Source of the DNA: Aplysia californica
Taxonomy: Eukaryota
Direction of reading: 5' to 3'
Length of the DNA stretch: 62,670 nt
Assembly (NCBI RefSeq): GCF_000002075.1
Contig: NW_004797286.1
Location: 826,668-889,337, forward strand
A program made the position numbers and the translations under genes. The notes under the pieces were generated by a model. The model was given only the letters and a program-made list of their open reading frames with translations, was not told the origin of the DNA and ran no database searches. Every line of letters begins with the position of its first letter. The stretch's first letter is position 1. Positions 36,896 through 49,500 of the stretch are shown here, piece by piece.

Positions 36896-39832
36896 TGTGA
36901 TGCTCAGTGACAGTTTCTTTATCTCTCTCTATCAGTGATGATATCAGAATGCCCCCTCCCTTCAATGTCCCCACTTATTGTTTCTAGTACTTTTGCTTAC
37001 CATTACTCCTCAGTACCCAGTCAGTAAACTTGGTCTGTACATGATACTTATAATTTCATATATATAGTATAACACAGACATATCGAATTCGTCGGGACTG
37101 GCCTGGGTAGTTCGAGGGATATCTTTCAAAGATAAAGAATTTTGAAATAGCGGGACCGCAAGCATAGTTCGATGGATGCGTGATTTTGAGTCTTCCGTGT
37201 TCGACTTATGTGTTATACTGTATAAAAATTATATATATATATATACACAGTGTAACACGGATAGGTCGAACACCCCCCCACAACGAGGCAGTGCTACTGA
37301 TTGAAGTCCGTCTTAAGGCTTTAGGCCATTCCCAAAGGGGGGATATTAACATGTTCTTATACACAATAGAATTGTAAATGGGCTGATTATCAATGTTGTA
37401 CTCATACTGTGCCGGAACAACATAGGGGGGACTGCTGCTTTTTCTTTCCTCATCCTTACTATCCTCATTTTTCCTCTACTTCTTTTGTACGTTTGTGACT
37501 TTCTTGTGAACTGCTATTTCCGGGGTACTTTGATAATGGAAGCAGACTTTGTGCTGTTGTGGCTAGAGAGGTAAGCAGAGTAACCCTGGTTCCCCATTTG
37601 GACTTCTCTGTTGACATCCATCCCTTGGCACTCATCTGACCTTATGCAGTTGTGAGTGCTGTAAAACCTTACTAACACTAAAACTAAGGCAAAAAACACA
37701 GGTCGAAATCACGCATCCGTCCAACTGTGCCTGGATAACTCAAACACGTCGGGGGGAATGAAAAATGTGTTTGACACATCCATAATTCAAGTAAACTGTA
37801 AACTGTATAGTAAAAAATTAAAGAGATATCAGTTGGGGAATGGCAAACTCTATGAGTTATCTGTGATTTCACGAGTTTTCCGTGTTTGTGCTATCTGTGC
37901 CTGACTGTATGTGTCACGACCTGGTGAAGTCAGGCGCTCGTCAATTTGTGAGCATATGGAGTTATTGGTGTCATCTTAAAGGTTGTTCATTTGCCTTGCT
38001 TTCAATGAAAAAAATATCCATTTATCTTGAATAGAAGTGAGATATTTGTGATTGAGGGAGGTGGGATCACCTGGTTTCAGAAGTAAAATTAGCAAAAAAA
38101 ATGGCGGCCAAAGTTTGGTGACTTCCATAGCTAAAGAGTCCTTGGAAACTGCAAATTTACATTTTTTTTTCTCATTTTATCAACGTTTTTCCATAAAATC
38201 CACACATAAAATTGTTTTTGATACAAGGTGTTGAGCCAAAAAACGAAAATTCAAAAAAAAATTTTCCAAACTGGCTGAAAAATGCATATTTCTCAGATTT
38301 TATTATTTTGACGAGCGCCTGATTTCACCATGATGCCTCACATATATATTCTTAGAATGTTACAATTAATTCCTTTAACTTAAAGTTAGTTGTTTTTGCA
38401 CCAAATGGTGGATGATAATCAGAGTACATGTATATCAGGATATTTTACTTGCTTTGTACCTACTGATTTGTCAGTGAGTGCCTTGGGCTACATTTTGTAC
38501 AGTTTGTTGATAAAAATGAAACATAAAACTGTTAAATTTTGATCTGTTGTCACCTGATCAAAGCTGGAAAACCCTACTTACTCTCCCTCTTTTTTCTCAC
38601 CATGTATAACCATAAGCAGAGAATTATATTTCTGGTTTTATTTTTACTTTGGTTACGTTCATTATTTTTCCACTTGCGCCTTCCCTTATGTTAACAAAGG
38701 AAGTAAACATGTGTATCATATTCTTTTTTCTTCTGTGATTGAGTTTTATTTCCTGCTTGACTAAAATAGATATTTTTGAAGTCTGTCCCAGTGTTTTGGG
38801 TTTCTATAGTAAGTAAATGTATGAGTTTAATTCCCCTTTCAACAATGTTATTTTATTTAAAAGGCAGGACTCTGAATCTATTTTTATTCATCTCCGAAAG
38901 GACCAAGCCAGGGGTTTAGTAAGAGCCTTGTAAACTCAACAAAATGACCCCAGTTCAACAATGACTTGTTGGGAATTCAAACTGGGACTGTTTGGTTGTT
39001 TTTTTTTGGGCCTGCTTTTCTTCTGTACTGAGCTGTTGGTAGTAGGCAGACAACAGGAAAGAGCTGGGTAGAAGACAAAGTAAGTTTGGGGAAAAGTTGC
39101 CGGAGAGGTTGCCCTGTACGAATGTCCCTCATCAGGAGGCCACATGGGCTTATATATCTGTGAGCCTACCCACTTTGGGTTATAACTTATTGTGTACATA
39201 TGTATAAATTTGTGCTTTTAACGCAGAAGAATAGGAGTACTGGAGTAAACATGGTCTGCGTTATTGCCAAGGTCCTGAAAATCTATGTTAAAATTTAACT
39301 TAATTTAACTGAACACTTTTTAGACTGTTAATTCCATCACATCCAATCCTCTTGTCAAAAGCTGGTTTGAAGGTCAGGCAAGTAGGGCTTTTTCTTTAAT
39401 TCTAAGGGTTTACAAACCCTTGGAGACACAAACTAACAGCTTTTAAAAAAAATGGCTTTGACACACAGGAGTGTTCGGAGAGAACAGTGTTCTCACACTG
39501 CTGATCACAATGATCAAGTGTAAATTTCGTATTTTTACAAATTTTTTTTCAGAATGCATTCATGCACATTTACTTGAAGATGTGATGAAAACTGAAATTG
39601 AAGTACCGTAGCCACCAGATTACATCAACAAAATAGTGAAAATCGTGTAAAAGTGAAATTTAGAGGTAAAGTAAATTTGCAGAACTTTTGGGAAAGTTTG
39701 TAGGCTAAAACTACAGGCAAATGAAAAATAGACTCAGAACACAGTTTCTGCACATGAATGATTATGATTTAATGATGTAGACTTCATCAAATTGACATAA
39801 ACGCCTGTTGATCCAATATTATTACTCAAAAT

Positions 39833-40192
39833 TATAATCATAATAATAATAGATAGCATTTGTATAGCGCAAATCCCCGCTCAACAGCAAGGTCTATGCA
39901 CTTCACAATTTGTACTATTACTATTACCCCAGTAGACCTGAGAGCATTCTGAAACAACCTCAACTTCCTGGGAAGCATACAGTGCAAGCAACCATTTATA
40001 GGTGCTAAAAAACTAACATACTGACAAGATCTTTTGCTGTCTTTGGCCGGGTACCCATTCTCACCTGGGTGAAGTGAGGAAAATTTGTGTAAAGTGCCTT
40101 TCCCAAGGATACAACGTCGGGCCTGCACCCCCGAACCTGCAACTTCATGATTAAGAGTCCGGTAGCCTAACCAGCACTAGGCCACCAACGCC
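39833..40192 (-). mobile_element. tRNA-derived SINE with conserved central domain and LINE-like tail
   Basis: Minus strand: GGTGGCCTAGTG..GGTT head, CCTTGGGAAAGGCACTT..CACCCAGGTG..AATGGGTACC core, GCGCTATACAAATG + (TAT)n tail. A lone tail of the same type lies at about 54296-54365. Confidence 0.8.
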
Positions 40193-42297
40193 ACCAACAT
40201 AATGCTGGGTCAACAGTGCTGTCCTCTTATTTCAATATTTTGAAAACAAGCGACATTTCTAGTATTTCCAGTACATCATATATGTGTATAGGTTTACATT
40301 TATGTAAAAAAGAATAAGCAGGACTTGAGAAAATCTTATCACATCACATTATACAATATAAAAAATAGAGTTGAATACACTGTAATGACTGGTTGAAAAT
40401 ATAAAAACTTTTCATTTTACATTTATACCAATGGTAACAGTCACAAAATATATTAATCCAAAATTAGGCCAAGTTTTATTTTTGTTTGAAAAGACTGCTG
40501 AACCCTCTTGCACCATGTCAATACTGTGCAAATTTTACAAAGTTACATTAAAAAAAGTAGATGTCATAGCGTCCCCATTGACTTAATTGAGATCATTTAG
40601 GAGTCGGGTTTCTGACCCTGCCAGTCAAGGTCATCCGGGGCTGAGGAGAGAGACACAACATTACAACAACATCCCAGCAGAAAGACTAAGATACGTTATA
40701 AAAACATTCTCCTCACTCATGTTTCTTGTTCAACAAAATCTATTGTAGTTATTTTGAACACACTGCGACAGTTATTGTTGATGTAGGCCTACATTTCATA
40801 TTATCACTACATGTCTGTTTATGTATTTTAACACTTTCGATTGTATCTCTACAAGCAGTAACTCAGCATCACAGGCAGTCCTTTTTAACTTCTTAAATTA
40901 AAATGCTTTCTCTTGTGAACAAGAAGAGGAATAAAAGCAGTAATCCCCCTTTTTCTTCTTTAAAATTGGACAACCCGACAGGATGAAAAGTAATGCCAAG
41001 AACTCTGGATGGTCGAACCAAAATAAATACAGAGTATCTTGAGAATTTAGATTAAGATATATATCCTTCAACATGTCTTTAAGCTTAAATGGCTACTAAT
41101 TTAAAACTCTAAAATAGTTAATTATTGGCAAAACCCAAAAAAAACTTCTTTCCAAAACCTAAGCCTCAGAGTGTGTTAAAGTTCAAGTACAATGGAATTT
41201 TTACATTAAATAAATTACAGCATTCCTAAATAAGTAAGCTGTGATTATCTACATGAAATTAAGTTCATGTAGTGAATGGATCATCACCTTTTCCATTACT
41301 GAGCAAGAAATGACATCTGAGTTTCCGTTCATCCTCTGGAACCAGATCTATAGAAAACACTCTACGGCTGGATTGACAGACAACTAAAGCAATTGGAAGC
41401 AAGTGTAAAATATGCAGGCAAAGAAGAACATGCACAGTAAGTCATGTATTTTGCAATAGGTTGTCACCTCTAGTCAGTGTCAGTAAAAGTAAAAATATAT
41501 AGGGCCTACAGTCTAGCACGGCCATAGCGAAACATGTACATACCGGTAATGAACAGATTTTAAAAGTCCCCATGTAGAGCAAAGGAAATGACACCAACAC
41601 AACCTTCTTCAACGTAGGACAAAATTGTAATGAAGGCATAGAATGAAAAAGACAACACACTTATATTATAACAGTGAGCGATGACTCACTCCCCGGCGTT
41701 TGCACGATGTCATTGTGTGTGTGTAGATATCTATATATGTGTACATGTACGTATGCTGTCTCTACACCCAATTCTTTCTTTACATGCAGTCGAAATAGTC
41801 TAGGATGGCCACCCATTGCTGAAGAAAAAAATTGGCCATCTTTGACAGGTGGCTGTCTTTGTACAGTGTCTTTTTATCAAAAGCCAAAAAATACCCCCCC
41901 CCCCCCATCCAAAAAACAAACAAACAAAAGGGTCAAAATGGGAAGTGGCCATATTTGTAAAAGTGGTTGTCTCATTCTCATACAGCTGGTCGTTACGAGT
42001 AGATTCGACTGTATATAAATATTCTTTGTATTTAAAACACATAAAACATATACATTGCAAAATTCGTAAATAACAAAAAGATTTCAGCTTCCCACTGATT
42101 TCCCTATGTGCGTGCTAGCCTGTGGTAAGTTATCTTTTTTAAGAAATGAGATCAAACTTTTATTTTGAAAGGATAACCACAAGTGTGACCAAGTACATGG
42201 AGAAAATATTGTGCCTTTACATTGCAGTCATACTGATATTTGAACAGTTTTATGGACATTACGAAAATGTTTTAGAACAATTCAAACACATACTAAC

Positions 42298-42885
42298 TAC
42301 TTACTCTCTCCCTATACCGCCAGGTACATAAGGCGGAGGGCAGTTGGCGCCATGCTTGCCTGTCCCTGGCTACGTCCTCCAATTTCAGCAAATTTTGTCT
42401 AGGCCCTGGGTCATTGCCTCATCCCTTGTTGTATCTCTAGATCTATAGCTTCCTCGTTTTCTTTTTCCAGTTGGTTTCCAATACCATGTCTGATAGAGCA
42501 ATCTTGGTCTTTGGCATTCCTAGGTATCCCCATCTTCTCCTTTTTATAGTTGTGTTGTTATCTTCAATTCCAGCTCTTTCCAACACTTCATTACTTCCAA
42601 TAAATTCATTCCATTGTGTTAGTAAAATCCTTCGTAAACATTTTGTTTGGAAGCTTTTTGATTTTCATTGAATTGCTTTGTTTGTTTTCCATATCACTGG
42701 ACCATACCTCAATACAGCCAAAATATTGCCCTTCTGTATATATATATATTGTAAATTTCGTCTTCAATGAAAAGATCTTTGACTTCCATATATAGTATTT
42801 AATTTCACAAAAGCGATCCATGCATTTTAAATTTTAAGTCTTTGGAGGACGTCGTCAAGGCGGTCTTCAAACATATGCAGGGGTA
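42298..42885 (-). mobile_element. RTE-like LINE 3' fragment
   Basis: Decayed frames FQTKCLRRIL..W..SNEVLERAG..RRRWGYLG and WKPTGKRKRG, ending in a short AGTA-repeat tail. Confidence 0.75.
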
Positions 42886-45800
42886 TTAGCTCAGACTCTT
42901 ACAGTGGAAGTAAAACAAGAGTAATCAGTGGGCTTCAAATGGTGGTAAAATGGGATCATTACATGTATGTATCCCTATATTTCTAGATTCTTGGTGCAGT
43001 TCAAATAAAACTTCTTGTGTGTGAAAAATTTGCCTCAAATGTCATATTAATTAAACATATTTTGACTTAGAAATGAATTAAATTTTATGTCATGTCAGTT
43101 TTATCACTTTTGACATTGAAAAGCGTAGCAGTGGCAGTTTCAGGACTGGTGTCAATAAACGAAAATAAAAACTACTGGTGAAAATAAATGGCAGCAGTGA
43201 AATCAATTTACACACGATTCAAGCTATATATATATCAGATGGTGCAAGACAAATACACTGACTACAATCCTCCTACATATATATGTAAGACGGTCATACC
43301 TAGTATTGGCACATTGTACTTGTACAAATCAAGCACTATTTTCATGACAAAAAAGGAATGTTGTTCAACCACAAAAGTTCTCAGACCCTGGTACAAAAAG
43401 GAAATATGAAATACAACTTTAAGTCAAAGAGTTGTGAAAGGGAGGACAGCATGAAGATGCAAAATAGACTAAATTAATTGAAAAGTATGGAAAAGAAGAC
43501 CCAGCCATTTGTCACAGATGTTGGATTTGACTGGAATAATGAGAAGCACCATTCATTGCTTTTTAGTTATTTGCGAGGAAAATGGTCATACACAGAGAAA
43601 CTCCTTCACCTTTCCATATATTTTAGCTGGATGCAAACAGAAAAATTTATATCAGAGTACGAAATAAATTTCTTGAAATGACGCAAAAACACTATGAGGT
43701 AGATTAATCCTTTAGCATTCGATACCTATGGCATGAGAACTTTGTACCCTCCATGCAAGTAATAAAAAGGTTGGAAAGATTTGTTTATCTTGGTAAATTC
43801 AACAGAAGCAGTCACAATAGTTTATACAATGGAACCTACGGGACTTATTTTGAACACCGATATCAATGATTGCCTTTTGCAAATTATAAGTTACACATGT
43901 ATTTTTGTCATTATTACTATTTGCCAACACACACAACCCTTTCAAATAAGTATTAACAATTAAGAAAACATACATCTTTATGATAAATACAACCATATTT
44001 GCCCCCTAGGTAAAGAAAAGTAATAAAAGGGTTCCAGCCCCCCCCCCCCACCAAAAAGCAACAACAACAACAAAAATTAATCCACCCCCCCCCAAAAAAA
44101 AGTGTAAAAATAAAAAACAAAAATAAAATAGAAATTTAATATAAACATATAAAGAGAGAAAAAAAATACAAAAATAATAAAGGAGAACTTGTTCAGAAAA
44201 CTCAAGTCCTCTGTCATTCAAGTCATTGGTCACAAAAATGACGCATTGCTGTTTGTGGTATTTATGAATAATGGGTAAAATGTACTAGTACTATCTTGGC
44301 CCTCCAAGATTTACAATAACTATTGGAATGTATCTAAATGGACATTTTGACATGGCAAACACAAAACTAGGCACAAACTGTCTTGTGACAAACAAATCTA
44401 AATGAGACACAGAATATTTTTAGAACACCAGGAATTTTAAAAAATACTCTTCCCTGGTAGTTTCAAAAACAACAAGAGCAACATTAACAACGAATCAAAC
44501 TCTCAGAAACATCAACGCACCTCAAAATTTCAGCTGTATAGTTAGAAATTCTCCCCTCCCCCACAACACAGTAAAATGTACTCTTGTTAATGTTATAATT
44601 TTTTTTAGGTGAAAGATTGTTTTAAATCCCTCAGAGACATGAACTACTCCAATCTATGCAATACAGTACATTTGTATACAGTAGGCAGCAAGCTGAAGTT
44701 CTCAACTTTTTTCAGACAACTTGCCCCTTCATGCAAAATCATGAGGATATGGTTTTTAATTCTCGTATAATTGTCTTAGCAGGGGTTTTGTATACCATAG
44801 CAATTGCACAAACATTCACAGCATACAATGTAAAGTCATAAAAAGCAAAGAACAAGTGATTCAAGCAGACGAGAACATTCTTCGCTACCAGGGTCTAGCC
44901 CCCCCCCCTTATTCCCAGCCAAAACCAACCTGCCCTGCTCCACTGCATGTAACATTATTTTTAAAAATAAACAATCCCCCCTCCTTCAATATATGCTTTT
45001 TTTCTTAATCCAATTATCATTTTACCATTTCCCCCAAATGTTTCTTTTTTTTCTTTTCTCTGTTAAGCCATATAATAATGTATCCTGTCTCACTCTACTC
45101 ATAAAGTGAAACTTGGATACAAAGAGCTCGGATTCAATGGAAACTTGGACTGAACTAAAGGAGAAGGCTTCTCCATTTTTATTCATTAAAATCAACAATA
45201 TGACTAGTATTTTAAGAACATGTAAATGATCAGGCGTGCATTTAAACAAATCAGCCTCTTTATAGAGCATGCGCTTCAGCAGAGTTCAGATTTTTGTGCA
45301 GCACCACCACTTTAGTTTTCAATGTTATTCAGTCTTCAACGCATTGGGTGGTATGGCATCAAAGAAAAGAAAATGCCTCCTGTTTGTATGGTGTAACAAT
45401 GCAGCAGTTCGGTTATCATCATTAATCGAAGACACATTTGGTATAGCAGTAAAAAAACCCCCGTGACTTTTGCTTGGAATCCAGTTGCTTTGTATAACTT
45501 AAGAATTCCAAAAAGGTAGAAAAAAGAAACAATAGTGTGGTAAATACAGCAGTGAATCAAGCTCTCTGTAAACGTCATCGAAAGACAAGGAGATGATAAG
45601 AAGAGCTGAGAAGAGCAGGTACAGACCAAGAAACACGTAACTGAAGATAAAACCAATATCTCTACTAGTAAAAGACGTTGGTAAAGCTTTTTTAAGTTCT
45701 GTGTAGTTCACATGAAAAAAAAAAATTGAATCTTGCACAAGCGCGACCCTATTGTTCAAACCGCTAATATAAGTATAAGCAAGCACTTTGAAATATCACT

Positions 45801-46441
45801 GCTTCTTTTCCTTTATATAAATGGTCGATAACAATGCTCAAATTGGTGAAACCTTTCTTATAACAAACTCTCAGATTCAATGAACTGAAGATTGGATGTT
45901 ACAACTTCGTTGTAAACATGTTTCTCTGTATCTTCAAAGACACAAAACATCAAATGCAAATGAAGCAAATACCCTTAAACAAAAAATACTGAACTTTTCT
46001 GGAAAAAAAGAACATAATAACATAATGCAACAATCAATATATTCTCCTTCTTGAAAGAACATTCCGAGGCAGTAGAATCATGATTTTGAACAATTTCCAA
46101 ATTCCTTCAGCAGCTTAGGTGTGTACTAAGTACCTACGGTAACCTTTAAAAAATCCCCCTATTTTTTCAGAGACAAGAAAACTTATTTGATTCTTTTCTG
46201 TTCCGCGTAAAATTGCATTGTGGTGCTCTCCCCCCACCTTTACAAGGGTACATTCATTGTAGGTCTTCACAAGCTGTACAGCTTTCCCCGCTGTGAACAG
46301 TAAATGACTAGTAAAAACAATCTCAAACAATAAACCATAGAAATATTCATATCATATATAGAAGTTTGAAAATTGCTCATCTTGAGAAGGAGAAGTCTGT
46401 TAGTTTCCACCTCCTCCACCCTAACAACAAAGCACACTTGA

Positions 46442-46581
46442 CTAGACTATGTCATTGAAGCCACTGTATCTCATGTTGATAAAGCTGACCAGTTTCTTCT
46501 TGTTATCTGGCTGTTTCAGAAAGAAATGAGCCCCTGGCATCTTGCGGTATGAGATTGCTCCACTGGTCAATTTTTTCCAGT
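46442..46581 (-). CDS. OLAH: OLAH-like last exon (catalytic His)
   Basis: WKKLTSGAISYRKMPGAHFFLKQPDNKKKLVSFI...DIV then TAG. Confidence 0.92.
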
Positions 46582-49500
46582 CTGAAATTGACCGAGAACA
46601 TACATTTAGAAAAGGGAATTCCTTGGTCTTGTTCTTGAAATTGAAAATCAAAATTTATTTATTCCAAGTTTAAATAGTAAAGAGAACAAAGTTTAAAAGT
46701 GAAATAAGTCTGGGACAATTGTTTGTGTATGTCTTTATATATATAACACAGATACTACACAACTTACTCTGCTATTACAGCTTCATGTCAGAATCAGCCA
46801 TGAACAAAACACATCATTAAATGAAATGTCAGTCATATTCTTTAAATGCATGACATATAAATCGCCTTTAGCTCACTGACTAAGGTACCTGTCACTGGTA
46901 TGGGACCGGTGGCCGGTTTGTTGGTACAGAACATGTACCTCCGATGGGACGGACTTTGCCGTTTTGTTCCGAAAATTGTGCTCCTGTCACAGTTACATGT
47001 ACAGAAACAAACTCCAGTGCTGGTTTTACCACTTCTTTCATTTCGTGCCGAGTTAGTCGGAAGTTCTGGTAAGTTTTTAAGTAATTGAAGGTGAAGGACA
47101 GTCACCCCACTAAAAGTTCAACTGGCCGGAACAAGCACTATGTTTTTCTACACAGTTGATAGTCGCGTCGAAATTACGGTAGAAGAAGTTGCATGAACAG
47201 GAACCATTTATTTTCGCTGTTTTAGATGCTTCTGTTTGTTGTACTAGTTCTAGTGACTCAGAATATGATGTGTCTGATAGGACCCTGGATATGTACCCAA
47301 GCATGGCCTGAGTCGTAGTTTTAGGGCTAAATCTGGCACTACTAGTAGTAGTAGTAGTAGTAGTGGTACTGTTGTTAGCACAACGAAATCACAACTTTGT
47401 GCCCTATATATCTATCTCATGTAATTCAGTGTATGGGTCTGCATCAACACACAGCCTAGCTATTATATTTTCACCAAACACTCTCACAAGCATACAAGTC
47501 AAAACAGAACACTTTTAAATTTTATTTTATTGTTGTTGTGAATTTCATTCTATCTGTCACATCTCTGGAAGTTTTTAGGAAAATCAAATTCAAGCCAATT
47601 TTTAACAAATCATAAAAATTAAAGTATAAGACTTATACTATTTTAGTTTTTGGTATTAGATTAAGGTAGAAGAATGTATCTTTACTGTGTCAAAAAGTCA
47701 TTACAATTCTGAGAGTGTGGCGGTGTTTTGAAATACCCCCCCCCAAAAAAACCGCCAGTATTCAGCACAAAGACTGGTGAAAGGGCCCTGTAGTCAGTGA
47801 GTTAATGGTCCTGCTGTGGAGTATGGCAACTCTTTATGTCCTGACAAAAATCAGTTCTGCAATGGCCTGCCCCCTAAATCACCCAAACTGTCGACAGAAG
47901 AATAAAACATTTATTATCATCTTAACTCTTTTTATCCTAGCCGTACCCCCACGGACTCTGTACCCGTCCTGGGGCTGCCGCGCCGTATGAGTCGGAAGTC
48001 AGTGCGTATAGTTCGAAGTGCTATATTTCTTACTTTTACTCTAAGGTTTTAAGGAAATTTTGCAGTTATGTTAGAAATTGAATGTAGTTTTTGTAAATGT
48101 ATGTTGTTAGGAAATACACCAATAGCACAATGTTGATTTTGAGGTATATTCAACCCTCGAACTTGACCCTGATTGCCGCGCCCACGACGTCCCATTGGAT
48201 TTTATAGATCTAGATCTAGCCCTACCCATCGAACACGGATTCCAGTACTGACCCCTTCACCATGATCTAAATCGCTATTAGATGAGTCTAAGTCATGTTT
48301 CTTATCATCCACAACGGAATTTACGGCACTTATTTCAGAGTCACTATCATCAAATTAGTATCATTCCCCCTCAAAACCCAGCGCAACTTCAAAAAGTACT
48401 TCGTCGGTCGCGAATGTGCATTTTCGAGACATCTTTCAAGCTTATACACCCATCAAAAACAAAGAAACCACTGTTCATTGGAAAATTAAAATATTTAGAC
48501 AGAGCTAGCATCGCCGTATTTGCGTATTTTTGTAATTACAAGCAGAACTAGCTTCTTTGACGAGACCATATCGCTGTTCCGAGAATACTCGTAGCCCGGA
48601 CTGGTCCTCGTTACGAGTATACTCGTAGCCCGGATAAAAAGAGTTAACCAACATGAGTCTGGAGACATCCTTAGCTGTGTCTTCTCAACTGTTGAGAATA
48701 GAAAATAATATTAACATACCATCCATCCTGTGATCCCGATCCTCTTCACCATCAAAAAAATCAATCGGACAGGAGAGTGGAGCTTTTGCACCAGCAGGGT
48801 GATCATATCTATATGAGGGTAAAAGTAAAAAGCAAAGCCTTGTTGTTGTTGTTTTTTTTTTAAAGATAAAATAAACAGTAACAAGCCATCTTCTGCCACT
48901 CATAATATTTTTTTAAAAGTGGGAAAGGGGTGGGAGGTTAATAAAATATGGGACAACAAATGATTCAAATATTATTTATCTGTAGCAATATCCTTTCTTG
49001 CGACAATAGAGTTGGTACCCTTCCACCTCTCATAACAGTCACAGCAATAGGTTATATCCCTATCGCTTCTTGGCAGCTTGTGAACTTTTGTATGGTTCTA
49101 GGTTTATAAAGTGGGAAGCGGGTGCATGTGTGTGTCACAGCTAGAGTATTTCATTTAAGATAAATCGTTGCTCATAATCATGCTTCATTTGTATTCCAAA
49201 ACCATACTGGAAGGAAGGTTGGATATGTATATATAATGTATGTGTTGTGCCATCATTTGCGCCAACAATACACACAATTACACCCCCCCCCCCCCATTTC
49301 TTTTCCATTCTTATTTTAAGAAAAAAAGTAATCTGTTGTGAGGCTTCTCATCAGGTGGTCATAACTGTACCGAGAGTACAAAATTATGTCAGTGTTATAA
49401 AGTCGTAAAAATACAGAAAAATACTTGTCTTATCAAAACACAATAACTGAGTTATTAGTATTAGAGAATACCAGAATACAAACGATTCCCTGGTAGGTAT

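Noticed and set aside
39105-39150. CTGATGA on the minus strand as a hammerhead ribozyme core
   Set aside because: No properly placed GAAA or stem II/III pairing was found.
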